This document shows, one piece after another, positions 1 through 15,000 of a stretch of 64,000 nt of DNA. Source of the stretch: a virus; IMG/VR virus record IMGVR_UViG_3300045974_000156, positions 19,892 through 83,891 of that record; one strand, written 5' to 3'. The notes under the pieces were generated by a model. It did no database searches. It saw only the letters and a program-made list of their open reading frames with translations, and was not told the origin of the DNA. The stretch's first letter is position 1. Each line of letters begins with the position of its first letter. A program made the position numbers and the translations under genes.

Positions 1-1
1 T

Positions 2-3000
2 CAGACAGGCGATTTACTAATAATCCAAGCCAACAACATAGGCGCAGGTCAGACAACTCCGGTCCCTGTGGCTCCAGGTTGGACCCTTCTTAATAGCTAC
101 GCAGCGTGTCTGGATGCCTTCTGGTACAAGATAGCAGTTCTTCCAGAGCAGCCAGTAACACTACAGACAACAACGCCCAACTGCTCTTTCTCTGCCGTGA
201 TGGTCGCCTATAGGGGTGTAGACCAGAATAACCCCATAGATGTTTATCATGACTATGAAGCAGAATGTGGTGCTAATTCTCAAGTAAGCTCCACTGTTAC
301 CCCGAATTACGCCAATGATACCCTACTTTATTTTGCATACTACTGGACCTCCGGTACCGTTTCAGCTTTCGTTTCGCTTACCGGAGCCACACCTACCCAG
401 AGAGCTATCGCTAATATTCATGATACTTGGGGATATACAGGTACAGCAATATATGAAGGGGCTGGACCTACCAAGCCAGGTATAGCCTCCGGTACCACTA
501 CAGTAAATATAAACGGAACTGCGGCTAATAACTGTATAGCGGGTATGATGGTAGCCCTTAAGGGAGCCACGGTAGCCGATATACTAGTTGGCAACGTATC
601 TTTTGGTACCAAAGATGACGGTACCATGTATGCAACACCGATAGATGGTAATCAGTCAAAGAATCATGTTAGTGTTTCAGAGTCAGAAGATAATGATACT
701 TACGACTCCTTCGATGTCGGTGTTCGTGTTAAGGCACAAGAGATCGAAACTGAGAACATAAATCTAACTACTATCCCGACACTAGTTGGTTGGGGTGTGA
801 CAGCCTATTCAGAAGGTCCGACAATCACGGTACAGGTACCTACAGATCTTCAGGTCGGTGACTTGCTACTTCTCCCTTGGTTTAATTTTGGTCCACAACT
901 AGTGCCACCAACAGGGTGGACAGCAGCCGGTGCTAACCTATATTGGGACTTATACGATGGTACACAGACATCCGTAACCCTGACAGGCGGCTCACCAGGA
1001 GCATCAGGAGCGTCAGCAGCTAACATCATCGCATACAGAGGTGCAGACCAGAATAACCCCATAGATGTTCAGGCGACATCCTTTGGTACCAATGTTCTTT
1101 CACTGATCATACCTTCTGTAACCACAAGAAATGCAAACGAGAGAATACTAGACGTAGGCTTATTTTTTAATATTTATACTGATCCTGTATGGAACGGTGG
1201 TCCGATAACCTATTCCAGTAGTATCTACCCACTTACAGGTACTTTTGCAAATTGGTCAGAAGGCTTTGCTTTTTGTGACTCGACAAAGCCTGTCGCGGGT
1301 GCCACGGGTACCACAACCTTAACAACCGCAACAAATTCAGCTAATTTTTATGGTTGGAAGTATGCGATCAACCCAGCCACAGGGGACGACTACTCAGTAG
1401 GTTTCTGGTCAGCCAGAACAGAGTTAGATACATATACTTACGCACTAGATAGCGATGTACAAAGAGGCGGTATTAATCTAGGCAGAATGGGTATACTGGA
1501 GGCTTATACACCTGTAGATAATTGTGACAGTAAATTAAAGTCAGCAAATAGAGAAAATGACATAACTACGCCGAACAGTATTACCTATATCGGCAATAGC
1601 CCTCCGACTATTTGGCAAAGTAATGTAGCTACAATACAAGTTCCAGATAACGTCCAAGCGGGTGATGTTCTCATATTCGTAGCAAGCTGCATCGTTGTAA
1701 ACGGGTATCCTCCGACTATATCGGGAGCCTGGAACACCATCTATGGTGGACCGTACATAGGGGCTTATTGGAAGTATCACGATGGAATCGATACATCATT
1801 TACGGTAAATGGTGTTGGATACTACGGAACTGGAGTTATAGAAGCTTATAGGGGTTGTGATCCCATAAACCCAATCGGCGCAACACTTTCAGCCGGTAAT
1901 GCAGCCTTATCGACCTACACCATAGGATCCATTACACCCTATGATGGTCAATCTACCGTAATCGCAGTCGGAGTATCAGTTAGTCAAAGTCAAGCGATGT
2001 CGTGGTTACCTCCAACCGGATTAGCAACCAACCTAAGAGATCAGACCTTAGCAAACGTCTATGCTCAATACTGGGACAGTATAAGCATATGGGACGCACC
2101 TCAGTACATTCAGGGCGCGACAGGCACAGAGACCCTCTCATGGACCGCAGGGACTTATGACAACCTAGCTGGTCTATTATTCTCCCTATCACCAGTATCT
2201 TCATACCCAGATGAAGATGAAGACATGGGTCTATTTCTAGGTAAAAAAGCACTAGAGACCTACACCTTCGCTGCTCAAGATCTACCACTTAAGAATATAA
2301 GCTTCGGCACTGTTTATGGCGATGGGGTTCTTAATGCAACCCCTATTGATGGGCAGACACTTAAGTTAAAGTCTGGCGATGAATTTGTTGATTCTGTATC
2401 ACCTCAAGACGGAAACGAAGCTAAATATAAGTCAACCAATGCCGAGTTAGAATACGTTTCACCACAAGAATCTGCTACCTATGAGTACTACGGGGTCTCT
2501 GGTCATGACCTAGTAGCACGAGATATCATCGAGTCAGAGGCTATATTACAGGACTCGAATAACGCTAAGTTCAAAATAACAGCCGCAGAGATAGAATACC
2601 CAACACCTCAAGAAGACTGTGATTTTTCATACTCATCTGCTAACAAAGAGGCAGAGTCCACTCAATTAAGCATAAGCCCGTTACCATACTTTGTCGGGGC
2701 AGGACCTCTAGTATTCACCTACACTGCACTCGGAGGCGTTACACCGTCGATCCCCAGCGGAACACTAGCTGGCGACTTAATGCTGTTAGTTACATTCACA
2801 TCTAACTATAATGGTGCAGGATTAACAAAACCGTCTGCTGACTGGACTTTAGTCGATCCGTCTGGTTATAGGGAATGGACTCTATACTATAAGTTTGCTA
2901 CAGGGAGTGATACCTCTCCGACAGTATATGGTGTAAGTAACAACAATGGTGCCGCCTATATAGCTACATATAGAAATGTAGATAACACAACCCCGTTTGA

Positions 3001-6000
3001 TAGCTATGCTTCTGCCGGTGGAGCTTTTAACGCTTCCACAACATACACATCGGATCCTTATACTTTACCAGTATCTCTACTAAGTAATTACTTTTTTTCA
3101 ATATCGATAAGTGGATCAGCCACAACGCAACGCTTTGCACAGGGCGATCCAAACAGCTTCACACAATATGTACTAGACGGACCATTCGCCTACAGTACAA
3201 AAACAAATACAGAGACAGTGACGGTCGGAGGAAACGGTGCAATTAACATATTTTCGTTCTCACTGAATGCAAAAAACCCATTCACAGTAGATTCAAACAC
3301 TCTAGGTCTAATTACACAAAAAGAAGAGTCCGAGGCAGCAATACCTCAAGAAGTCCAGACCGGAAGATACGGTACCAATAACTCCCAGTCCGAGACTTAT
3401 GTCGTTGCACAGGATATTTATGCGACAGGCAACAGACCTCCAGGTACTTTTGCTGATTCTACCCAGCCACTAGATTCATTCGATGTCGGAATAGCCTTCG
3501 CAGGTAAAGAATCTGATTCTGGTCAACCTGCGGATACTTATGCAAAAAGTAACAATCCTAATCGCGATCTTCAGGACTATGTAACACCTCAAGACTCTAA
3601 TAATCTAAAATTCCGGGCAGGTATATCTTATGACGACGGACCTATACCCCAAGAAGATCTAGATCTTGGTCTAAAGGTAAATGGAAAAGAACTAGAGCCT
3701 GTAGCACCACTATTTTACTTCCAAGGCATAACTCCCACGGAGTTCCCGCCTGAGATAAATAATTTTTATACCTATACTTCTACACTGAGCGGACCATACG
3801 GGTCTCCACTGGCCCCAGACGGCACAGCTACAGCGTATAGCGTAGGTACTCCACTTGGAACCGGACCTAACGCATTCTACCTACTAGGACCATCTCCTAC
3901 TTATGTTACAGGTAATCAATATGAGATAGGGTTCTGGGCAAAATATGGCGGTGGGACTCAGCCTGTTGTATATACCTGTACAGATAAAGTAAACGTATTT
4001 TTCGATGTCTCTACCGGTCTAGTTAATAATACATACCAACCCTTGGTCCCGGGTGTAGATTACGACACCATAAGCATGACCCAACTAGGTTCTACCGGTT
4101 GGTACTACTGTTACTGTAAGTTCACAGCAAGACAGACGTATACAAACGCCACATTTGGTCAGTTGATTTGGGGACTTACCAATAACACAGGATATTCTAC
4201 ATCTGGCGATCTTATTTACATCTGGAAAGGCACTGTTGCGCTACCAGGTTCAAGTATAAATACACCGCAGGATGATGTTGACTACTTGTTGGTTAGCCCA
4301 AGAGAAGAACAGGACACACTAGTAGTTAGCGGTGATAATCAAACACTTAAACTTAATAGCGGTTCGCCAGAGCTAGAGGTTCTATTCCCACAAGAGGATG
4401 TTGATGCTGCGTTTAGCATACAAGCTCAAGAAGCAGATGCTGGAGATCCGGAAGATGCATACTCTTATGACTTCCTAGATAGCTCTGGAAGAGGTAATAG
4501 CTATAGCAAAGATCAATCTGAATCCGTCATGGCGTCAGATTCTAGCAAGTCCAGCTTCAGGATCAACTTATCTGAAGCAGAAGCAGTAGCGGCTCAAGAC
4601 CAAGAAATTATCGGAAGCGTAAAGCTTACACGCCAAGAAGTAGATCTAAGCAGCGGAATGATTAATCTAACCGCTACACAGGCTCTACCATCACAAATAG
4701 GTAGCTGGGTCACCAGCACGGCGACGTTATCAGGTCCACTAGGATCCCCAGGTGCGGCTGACGGTTCTCCAGATGCCTACAGCATCAGCACCCCGATAGC
4801 CGCTGGTCCCAATACCTATTACTTAACAGGAACCACACAGACATATGTAGTTGGAAACACCTACTCGTTCGGATTCTGGGCCCTAAAAGGACCTGGGTCG
4901 AGCAATTACGTTTGGTACAGCACAGATTCCGCCAAACTCTACTTCGATCTTTATAACGGGGTGTTCTACCCCAATGGCGCAGTACAGAATACAGACTACA
5001 GCACAGTAAGCATAATCGAATATGGCGACACTGGTTGGTACTACTGCTACGGTACATTCAAGGCTAGAGTCACTTCTAAGCAAGAGCAATGGGGTATATA
5101 TAACGGCACAGCATATTCGCAAGCTGGCGATACTATTTATGTCTGGAACGATACCGACCGCTCTCTAGCTCAGACTGGTAGTGGATTATTCGGACGAATA
5201 TACGGAAACTCTACCCCACTAGATGCTCAAGTTTCAATGTTTGGTATCAATGCGGAAGAGTCAGAAACCCTAACGCCTTCAGACAGCATACCTGCAACCA
5301 CCATATCATACACGGTAGCTTATCAAGATTCTGTAACAGCACAGGACTCTAGCAACTCAAGACTAAAGAGCGCAAATCAAGAGCTTGATTACTTAGAAGC
5401 AGGACAAGATAATGATGATCAAGACGCTAGATTCAAGGTAAGAGCAGCAGAGTCTGAATCCGAATCTCTAGGTAAGACTCCTCCTACGTTTGTAAACACA
5501 GGGGCATTTACAGCCACTCCATCTACACTTATACAGGTACCTATACCGGCAGAAACTCAGGCTGGTGATGCGCTAATATTCTACTTCTACGGTGGTTATT
5601 ATCCGCCAACACTATCTGGGTGGAATCAGTTTTGTGTAAATACTATAAATAATGGTAATAACAGCGCCATATACTGGAAGATTGCATTAGGTAGCGGGCT
5701 AGATATCTACCCGATCATAGGCGATGGTGTTAATTTTGCGACAGCAATGATAGTTGCATATCGTAATTGTAATCCAGTTAACCCTATAGATAGTTACGGA
5801 ATAGGTGGGAATACTAGTACAACATCAGCTTCGATTGCAGGCGTAAGAACGCTATCAAGCAACACACTTCCAATAGTTATTGCTACCAACAATACATCAG
5901 GTACCCCAGCAGGATTTAATACCCCGACAGGGGCATGCACTACCCAGAGGGCTTTCGGATCTGGATTGGCAGGAAATACTATTGGTCAGGTACTCTGGGA

Positions 6001-9000
6001 AGGCAGCGTGCAGCCCAGTGCCGGATTCACGAATGCTGGCGAAACAATTACAGCTACAGCACTCTCATATTCAGTAAGCGGAATATTAATAAACTTAGCA
6101 TCTTCCGGGGGCATAGATTCCGAAGATAGCGAATTAGTTACTATCGGACAGAAAATAGAGACTCAGATAGTTAGTGATGAATCACAAAAGTCTAACTTTA
6201 GTATTACCCAGTCAATTAAAGAAATCATATTAGGTGCCTCAGATACTGGTTCTTGGGACTACCTATCGGGCTCGCACACAGGGAATGTTTATAACAGAAA
6301 TCAGTCAGATTCTATACAGCTTATAGATGTAAATGGACAGTCACAATTCGTATTGACTGAGATATCAGAATCCATAATACCTCAAGACCTAGCAGCAGGT
6401 TCCCCTTCGTTTATCATGGACGAAGTAGAGTCTGTGGCTGGATTTGATGATATCTACACCGGACAAAGTATCACTGCAACGCAAGTCGAGACCGAGATAC
6501 CTCTAGACTTTGACCAGGGAGGTAGGGCGTATCTAGCATCAGAGCAGGATCTGGACGTTGTAGCTATAGAACTTGAGTCTGACGCCGAACAGGTTGGCAC
6601 AGCAGAGATCGAGACACAGGTCATCACTCCAGACGAAGAGTCTGATTCTTATCAGATTTCCACAAATCTAAGTGAACAAGTCGAAGCACTCGATAGCCAG
6701 TACGTCAGTATAATTAGCGGAGCAGACTACTCACAAGAAGACAGTTTATATCCTGACGACTCTCAAGACGTTGGACAAACATACAACGGCGAGCAGTTAG
6801 ACGGTGATTTACAAGCTAGCGATGAGGAAGATCTGCTATCTAGCAACGGTGTTGATCAGCTAGAAGGCGATACCACACCTGTTGACGACCAGATCGCTGG
6901 AGTCCTAAATGCATCAGATCTGTCCCAGGAAGATGACTTATACGCAGATGAATCACAGGACGGTGGTGTACTGAATGGATCTGATCAGTCCATAGAAGAC
7001 AACATAACATTAAGCGATGAACAGGATCTAGGTCTAGGTCTAGGATCTCAGATCGATGAAGAAGTATATCCTGATGAACTACATGACTCAAATATAGATA
7101 TTAACTGCGAGACTCTTGAGGGTGATCTATACGCCGACGACTCACAATATGCAGGCATAGCACAAGGGTCGGATAACTCCCAAGAAAATAGTCTATATAC
7201 TGATGACCAACAAGATTTGGGTCTAAATGTCGGAAGTGAGACACAAGAATCATCTATCTCCACTGATGATCAACAAGAGTTGGGTCTGGACCTAGGCTCT
7301 GAGATACAAGAGTGGGACCTGTACACTGTCGAATCGCAAGATAATGGAACCTTGATAGGTTATGGAATCTCTCAAGAGGAGATCGCACAGTCCGAAGACT
7401 CACAAGATTCAGGTGTAACACCTGGTTCTGATAACTCTCAAGAGGACACCCTATACGCTGACGACCAACAGGAGCTAGGTCTAGACCTTGGTTCCGATAC
7501 ACAAGAAGAAGCCCCTTACGCCAGTGACGCACAGGAATTAACCATAATAAGTAGCTCCGAGTACCAAGATTACGACATATACGCAGGCGAGTCGCAAGAG
7601 GCAGGACTAGCTCAAGGGTCTGATAACTCTCAAGAAGAGGTTCTATATACTGACGATCAGCACGATTTGGGTCTAGGGCTCGGCTCAGACATACAAGAGG
7701 TAGATGTTTACACCTCAGAGCAGCAAGATCTGATCTTATATATAGCTACTGAGGAATCCGAATCTGATCAGATTCTAGAATCGCAAGATTCTAACTACAC
7801 CATAACCGCCGACGAATCAAACTCCGTTGAGGGTGTAGACCTTGAGATAGAGTCAGAAGACTGTACAACAAATATTTCTGAAAAGCTGACAACATATGCT
7901 CAAGAAGAGGTAAGTGCGTCTATAAGTTCCGAGGAATCAGATGATCTAGAACCGGTTGATGGACAGGACTTTACATTAACAGTAATTGGAGAGCTATTTG
8001 AATCAGGGCAGGGGTCGGATCTAGAAGAAATTAATCAGATCCTAGCAGGCGAATTAGATGAATCTGCCACAGGAGAAACACAAGAGGGTGTAGCACTAGC
8101 ATTAACCAGAGCAGAACTAGAGTATGAGACTATATCTGATGAGCAAGAAGATGCTTATTTTGATATAACCGCCGAGTCCAGTGATTATGCTCAAGGTTCA
8201 GATCTTGAAGACTCTATACTGTCTGCAACAGTAGAAATATCCGAGCAGGCAGAGGCGTCCAGCGAAGAGACTACAAATAAAACATTGTGGGCATCAGAAT
8301 CTGATGATTGGCAGCCATCCGACGAAATAACTGTCGGTAACACAATAGGGTTAGACGATTCTGCATATACATCCGCTGACGAATCTGAAGACTCCATTTA
8401 CAGCATCCCGGCATCCCTGTACGAAACTGCCGAAGGCTCGGATGAGGGAACCGGCTCAGTGGTGGCTACATCTGATATCAACGAATCTACCTTGGGGTAT
8501 GGCGAAGAAGACACTGCATTAAATCTAGGCTCTGATAACTCACAAGAGGAGAGCCCATATCTGGATGACTCACAAGAGTCAGGCTTAATCCAAGGATCTG
8601 ATAACGCACAAAACGATGATCTACAGTCTAGCGAGTTACAAGACTCAATCCAAGTATCTAGTCTAGATACACAGGATCAGGTCCCCTACGCTGACGATGT
8701 TCAGGATTTTGCAACAATAATAGGGCTGGATTCTTCTCAAGAACTGTACGCAGATGAATCACAGATCGGGGCGATACCTCATGCTGTAGAACTGCCCGAG
8801 TCCACCGAAGCCCAGGATTCTCAAGATCTATTGGTATATGCTTCGGACGACGAATCAGAGTCCACAGAGGCTCAAGAGTCACAGGATGTCAGCTACGTCA
8901 TAACAGCCGAGCAGTCTGAATTTATCGTAGGCGTCGATGAAGAGGTAGATTCAGAATACTGCACTACGAACATATTAGAATACGTTATTACAAAAGATGA

Positions 9001-12000
9001 GCTAGAATCCGGATCATTTATAAACTCTGTGCTCTCGGATAGCCTAGAGGCTAGCGATGAAGTAGGGGCTAGTGTTGCCTTCGCAGAAGACTTATACGAC
9101 TCAGAAGAGGCTCAAGATTCAGAAACTCTTGAGCTTAACCTTGGATCTTCCGAACTTGATCTTAACGAAGTTTCTCCAGAAGATTACGAGGTCGAAGGAC
9201 TTGACTTAAGTGTATCAATATTAGATTACCAAGAGACCAATGATAGTTATGCATCGCTGCCTTCTCTAGAGTTAACAGAGTCAGAATCAGCAGAACCTTC
9301 AGACCTAGGGGAAGCCTCAGTCCAGACCACTTCAGCCCAAGCTGACGATACCCAAGGGGATGATTTTGAGCAAGCCGTAGGTGAATTCGCCGGGGAACTA
9401 TCTGAATCCGTAGAAGGGGTTGACCAGCAGGATGCTTATGAATCTCTCTCAGGAGAATTATCTGAATCAGGACAAGGATCTGACCCCCAAGATGCTTCTT
9501 ATCTATCAGCTAATGAGCTAAACGAACAAGCTCAGGTTGAGGATTCATGCTCTGCGTCAGTACTAGCTACTGCGGAATTATCAGAACAAGAGGAAGGATC
9601 CTCTCAGGAAACCACTGGGCTAACTATATCTGAGGTTGCAGAGGAGGCTATACAGCCTCTCGATGAACAGGAACTCCAGTTAGTACTAACATCTTCTGAG
9701 GCTGAGTTGTGGCAAGGTGAGTATTCTGAAGACTCTAGCTACGATATAACAGCAGAGGAATCCAACCATCTAATTTCAGCAGAGTTAGAAACAGAGTCTG
9801 AGGATGTAAACTCAAATATAAATGAATCATCGAAGCCTGAAGATGAACAGGACGCATCCCACTCAATCGCACTAGGCTTAGAGGAGCAGGCTCAGGGTCT
9901 GGATTTTAGTGATTCTGCAACCGAGATAACCCTAGATGTAGTTGAGTATGCGACATCATCTGATGACCAGGACTTATTACTTGAAATAAGGTCAGACCTA
10001 GAAGAATATGTATCAGGTCAGGATATCCAAGATCTAGGCAATGTATTACTAGCAGACGAGTCTGAATCAGTACAACCAGAAGATAACCAAGAGCAGTTAT
10101 ATAGCCTGTCGCTAGATCAGTCAGAGTCAGTGTCCGGACAGGACAACCAAGATCCAAGCATCACCATAGCTCAAGATATATCAGAATCGGTGTCAGGACA
10201 GGATAGTCAGGAAACCGTCGCCAGCCTGTCGCTGGACACATCTGACTCAGCCATGGGGGTTGATGAGCAGAACTCCTCAGAAACGGTCCACGGGGCACTA
10301 GAGGGATCGCAGGAGACATCCGCAGAACAAGACCAGACCCTAGCTCTCGGGTCAGAACAGTCAGAAAGCCCAGTACCCAGTGATGATCAGGAATACCTAC
10401 TACTTCAGATCTTCTACGATGAAGCCTCTGAAACTATCTCAGGCTCCGACGAGCAGAACTGCGCCCTTATTGCTCATGTTGAAGTATCAGAGTCTCAGGA
10501 ATCCGATGATCAACAGGACCTAGGTCTACAGCTATCCTCGGATATGCAAGAGGCTACTGAACCTGAAGATTACGAGTCAGCTTGCAACTTAATAGTCTCT
10601 ATCGAGTATGAGGATATAGGTGTAGTTGCCGACGAGGAGATTGAATCAGAGACATGCACCACAAACATGTCAGAGCGTCTGCATAGCAGCGAGTCTGAGG
10701 ATTCTCAATACAGCATCACAGCAGAGGAGTTTGAAGAATTAACATGGCTCGACCCACAAGATTCTGCAAACACCTTAGATCAGAGCATCGAAGAGTACTT
10801 CACAGGATCTGACGACCAGAATCTAGAAATCACACTACAGTCTAGCCTGGCAGATTATGTCGAACCCAGCGACGAGACCGACTGCACATTACATGTAGCT
10901 TCAGAGATAGCTGAAGTTCAGGTAGCTGACGATTCCCAAGACTATATATTGTCATCCCTGATAGAAGAAGAGGAGTTCGTATCAGGATATGAAAATCAAG
11001 ATAGCAACATAGGTGTCAGCACATACTCTTCAGAATCCCAAGGTACCTATGATAACGAAGACTCCTCAGGGATCGTACCTGTAGAGTTATACGAAGAAGA
11101 GGTGACCTTAGACGATCAATCCGTTACTAACTCCGTAACTGCTGATTACATAGATTCACAAATTTCGGAAGATTCCCTTGATTCGATAGAGTCCCTAAGC
11201 GCAAGCACCTCAGACCACGCTACATGTCATGATGACCAAGTAAGCGCCATAGTTACACCATCCGAAGAACTAGAGTCTCAAGAATTTAATGAATCTTCTG
11301 ACATAGCTATGTTGCTAGGTCTAGACCTTGAGGAATCTGAAGAAGCAACAGAATACAGCATAGAGACAACTAGTTTGATGTCGGAAGAGTACGAGGTCAT
11401 CGTAAATCCTGCCGATGATGAAGTTAACGCCGAAGATTGCACCACAAATATAAATGAGTTCTCCAACCCAGCAGAAGGGCAAGATTCTAGATTCCAGGTA
11501 CTAAATAGCCAAGAAGAATCACAGTTGGCTGATGATAATCAGGAAATAGGGCTAGGCGTAGGTACTGAGACACTAGAGTCCTCTGATCAAGCCTCAGATG
11601 AGTCAGTAATAGTTATAGGCTCAGGTGCCACAGACGTAGGCACTCCGCACGCAGCACCTTATGAGAGTGAAGCTACACAAATCGCCATTGGTTCCGAAGA
11701 TTACAACGATTCCGCAACAGCACTAGATTATCAGACCGATGGTATTCACTACGGTGCAAATTCAGGTAGTGATCAGATAGAAAACCCGATTACTCAAGAC
11801 ATCTACGATACTGCTATCAAGCTCGGTAGTGCTTCGGTTCTTGAGCAGTATACAGTCGTTAGTGATAATTTTGATCGCGGGCTAAATATATCTGCCTTTA
11901 TGGCTGATTATCAGGGCTCTGCTTCTTCTGGTGATGGATTCGGTACTGGTTTCCAGACAGATGCGTTCCAAGTGGGTATCGTATCAGTAGCAGGATCTCA

Positions 12001-15000
12001 GGTTCAACCTGCCGATGCAGAGATCAGCACAATCGATCTAGGTGCCCAGCCTGTAAATGGACACTATATCTATAGCAGGAACCTATCCGAGTACACTGCA
12101 CCAAGCGAAACAGAACAACTTAAGCTCTTAATTTCAGGGCTATACTCAGACAGCATATCTGACTTGGCTGACCTAGTATCCAATACCTACGTATTGTCTA
12201 CAAATAGCCTAGAGACCGCTCAACCTAAGGATGATGGAGATCATAAACTTAACATCGTTGCAGAAGAGTCAGACAGTGTGCAGCCTTCTGATGATCAAGA
12301 TATAGGTATATTATCAGGTTCTGATTACTCTCAGATGGAATTCGTACAAGCTCCTGACGAGTCCCTAGAGCTAGGATTAAACCTAAGTGCTTATAATCTA
12401 GATAGCACCCAGCCGCAAGATGACGAAGACATGTCGCTGGCTGTAGGATCTGACCAAACAGAAGGTGATCTACAGTCCAGTGACTCTCAAGAGTCTATTT
12501 TCCAGGTATATGTTCTCTCTGAATCAGTACAAGCCGCAGAGGATATCTCAGACTTATCATTAAACGTATTCTCCGAGGAAGAGGACTCTGACGCTCAAGG
12601 ATCTGATCAGGATAATGCTAACGTAATACTAACATCGGATATAGATGAGAATGTACAGGGCTCAGAGTCAGAGGATGCTCAAGCCGCCTATACTGCTGAT
12701 ACATCAGAATACGGGCAAGCTCTAGAATCAGAAGAAGTTAATAACATACTGTCTTCTGATCTATCAGAGGAAGCCTCTGGGTATGATAACCAAGATCTGG
12801 TCATTTACCTACTGGTAACTCAATCCGACGACATCCTGGGGTATGAGTCTGCTGATGCCCAGGTAGCCGTCTCACTAGATATATCAGAATCCGTATCAGG
12901 GTATGAAAACGAAACCCAGGCTATAGAAGGCGGGGCTCAGAGCGAGTACGCCCAAGGTTCTGACGAGCAGGATTGTATATTACTGATGGTATCCGTGGAT
13001 GAGTCAGAGTCTGCCGAGCCTTCCGATGCATTAGATATCACACTGCTGGTAGGTACCGAAGAATTAGAGCAGGCTCTCGCAGCCGATCAGGAAGTTGACT
13101 CGATTAATATAGAATCAGCAGAATCTTACGATATCTGGGAAGCCTCAGATCTTGAGCAAGCATCAGCTATCTACTCAGATTCTGTCTCTGAGTACGAATT
13201 AGGCTATGACGAAGATGATAGTGGTCTAGTACTAGGAACCGAACTTTCAGAATCCAGCATAGGATCTGACCTAAGTGACGTAACTTCAATAATAACCTCT
13301 GAGACTTCCGAATATGTATCTCCTGATGATCAGGGTGACTCCTCACTAGACTCAAATAATGACCAGATTGATAGTCTACAGGTTTCTGACCTAGAATCTG
13401 CCGCAGGATTACTACAACCTGCCGATTCTGAAGAAGACATCACCTCTGACGACAATTACGATACTGTTGAAAATCTGGCTGCGTCCGAAATAGAATCCCT
13501 AGAGAGCACCGACGAACAAGACAATATAGGGAACCTAGTAGCCGAGTCCCTAGAATACTTGGCAGGTTCTGACGACCAAGATGCTGATTTCAATATAACT
13601 GCATCACTAGATGAATCTGTAAACCCGAGTGACGAATCTGATTGTGCGTTAATCCTTGAGCTAGATATTACCGAAGATGCAGATCCTATGGATCTGGAGT
13701 CTGAGTCGGAAGATCTGACCACTAACCTCAAGGACTTCTCAACACCAAGCGACGAAAATGATTCTTCTCTAGATTCAAGCAACGAGGAAGTTGATGAACT
13801 GCTAGGATCTGATTTAGAAGCTGCCGGGTTAATGCAGCCTGCGCTAGATGAAGAGGATTACAACACTACTTATGACAATTCCGATCTAGGGCTCAACCCA
13901 GGTGTATCTGAAATAGACTCTCTAGAAGGCTCCGAGGCACAAGATAGTTCAGGTATCTTCGTAACACAGGCTGTAGACTATTCAGAAGGTTCTGATGAGC
14001 AGAATTCTAATTTCAGCATACAGGTATCCGTAGACGAGTCCTCAAGTCCAAGCGATGAGTCCGATTGTGCGCTAGGATTAGTACTAGAGCAATACGAAAA
14101 TATCTCTGCCGCTGAAGATGAGTCAGACAAGACAGAGAGCTTCTCTGCTGTTATAAGTGATTCCTCCGCTTCAAGCGAGGAGCAAGATTGCCTATACAGC
14201 ATATCAGCACAGACATCAGATGCCCCCGAAGGTGTAGATTACGAATACTCCGGTATTTCAAGAACCCACGACGAAGCCGAGTACACTGAAGCTGTCGATG
14301 AGCAGAATTGCACCATAAGAACACCTGTATATTATGTAGACTCCGGGTCATCGGCTGACGATTCAGACCTAGGTCTAAACGTATCTTGCTCTGATTCTGA
14401 AAGCCCCAGAGCCCTAGATGTCAACGAACTAGGACTAAACCTATCAGTAGAAGAACAAGAGCAAGCTCAAGGATCTGATACTGAAATCGGGGCAATACCT
14501 ATTGCGGAGAATATCAGCGAGTTCTCTGAGCCTAGCGATATATCAGACGCAGCACCTTCTATCACCAGTGTCGAGTCAGACGACCAGGTAGCCGACGATT
14601 CTTACCTGAGTGCTTACTCCGGAGTCCTGACCCACTCAGAGTCCCTTGACGCAGCAGACGACCAGACTTTATCTCTAGACAGCTTCAGCGAAGAATCTGA
14701 AACCTGCATAGGCTCTGATGATTGCACGATGTCGCTAGATCTTGGAACTGGTTATCAGGCTTCCCAGATATCGGTTGATTCTGAAGAAACAACCATGGTG
14801 TTCAGAAATGGTTACAAGACCGGAAGCATAACACTATCTCTATTCGATGCCGGGTCGATGTTTGATCGAGACATATCAGACCAAGTATTCTCTTACGACG
14901 ACTGCGACTCGATCCAGCCTCTCGGAGCCACAGAGCTTGAGTCCCTGACCCCCTCTGATTCACAGAATCAATCTAGCCAAAACGGAAATAACAGTACAGA

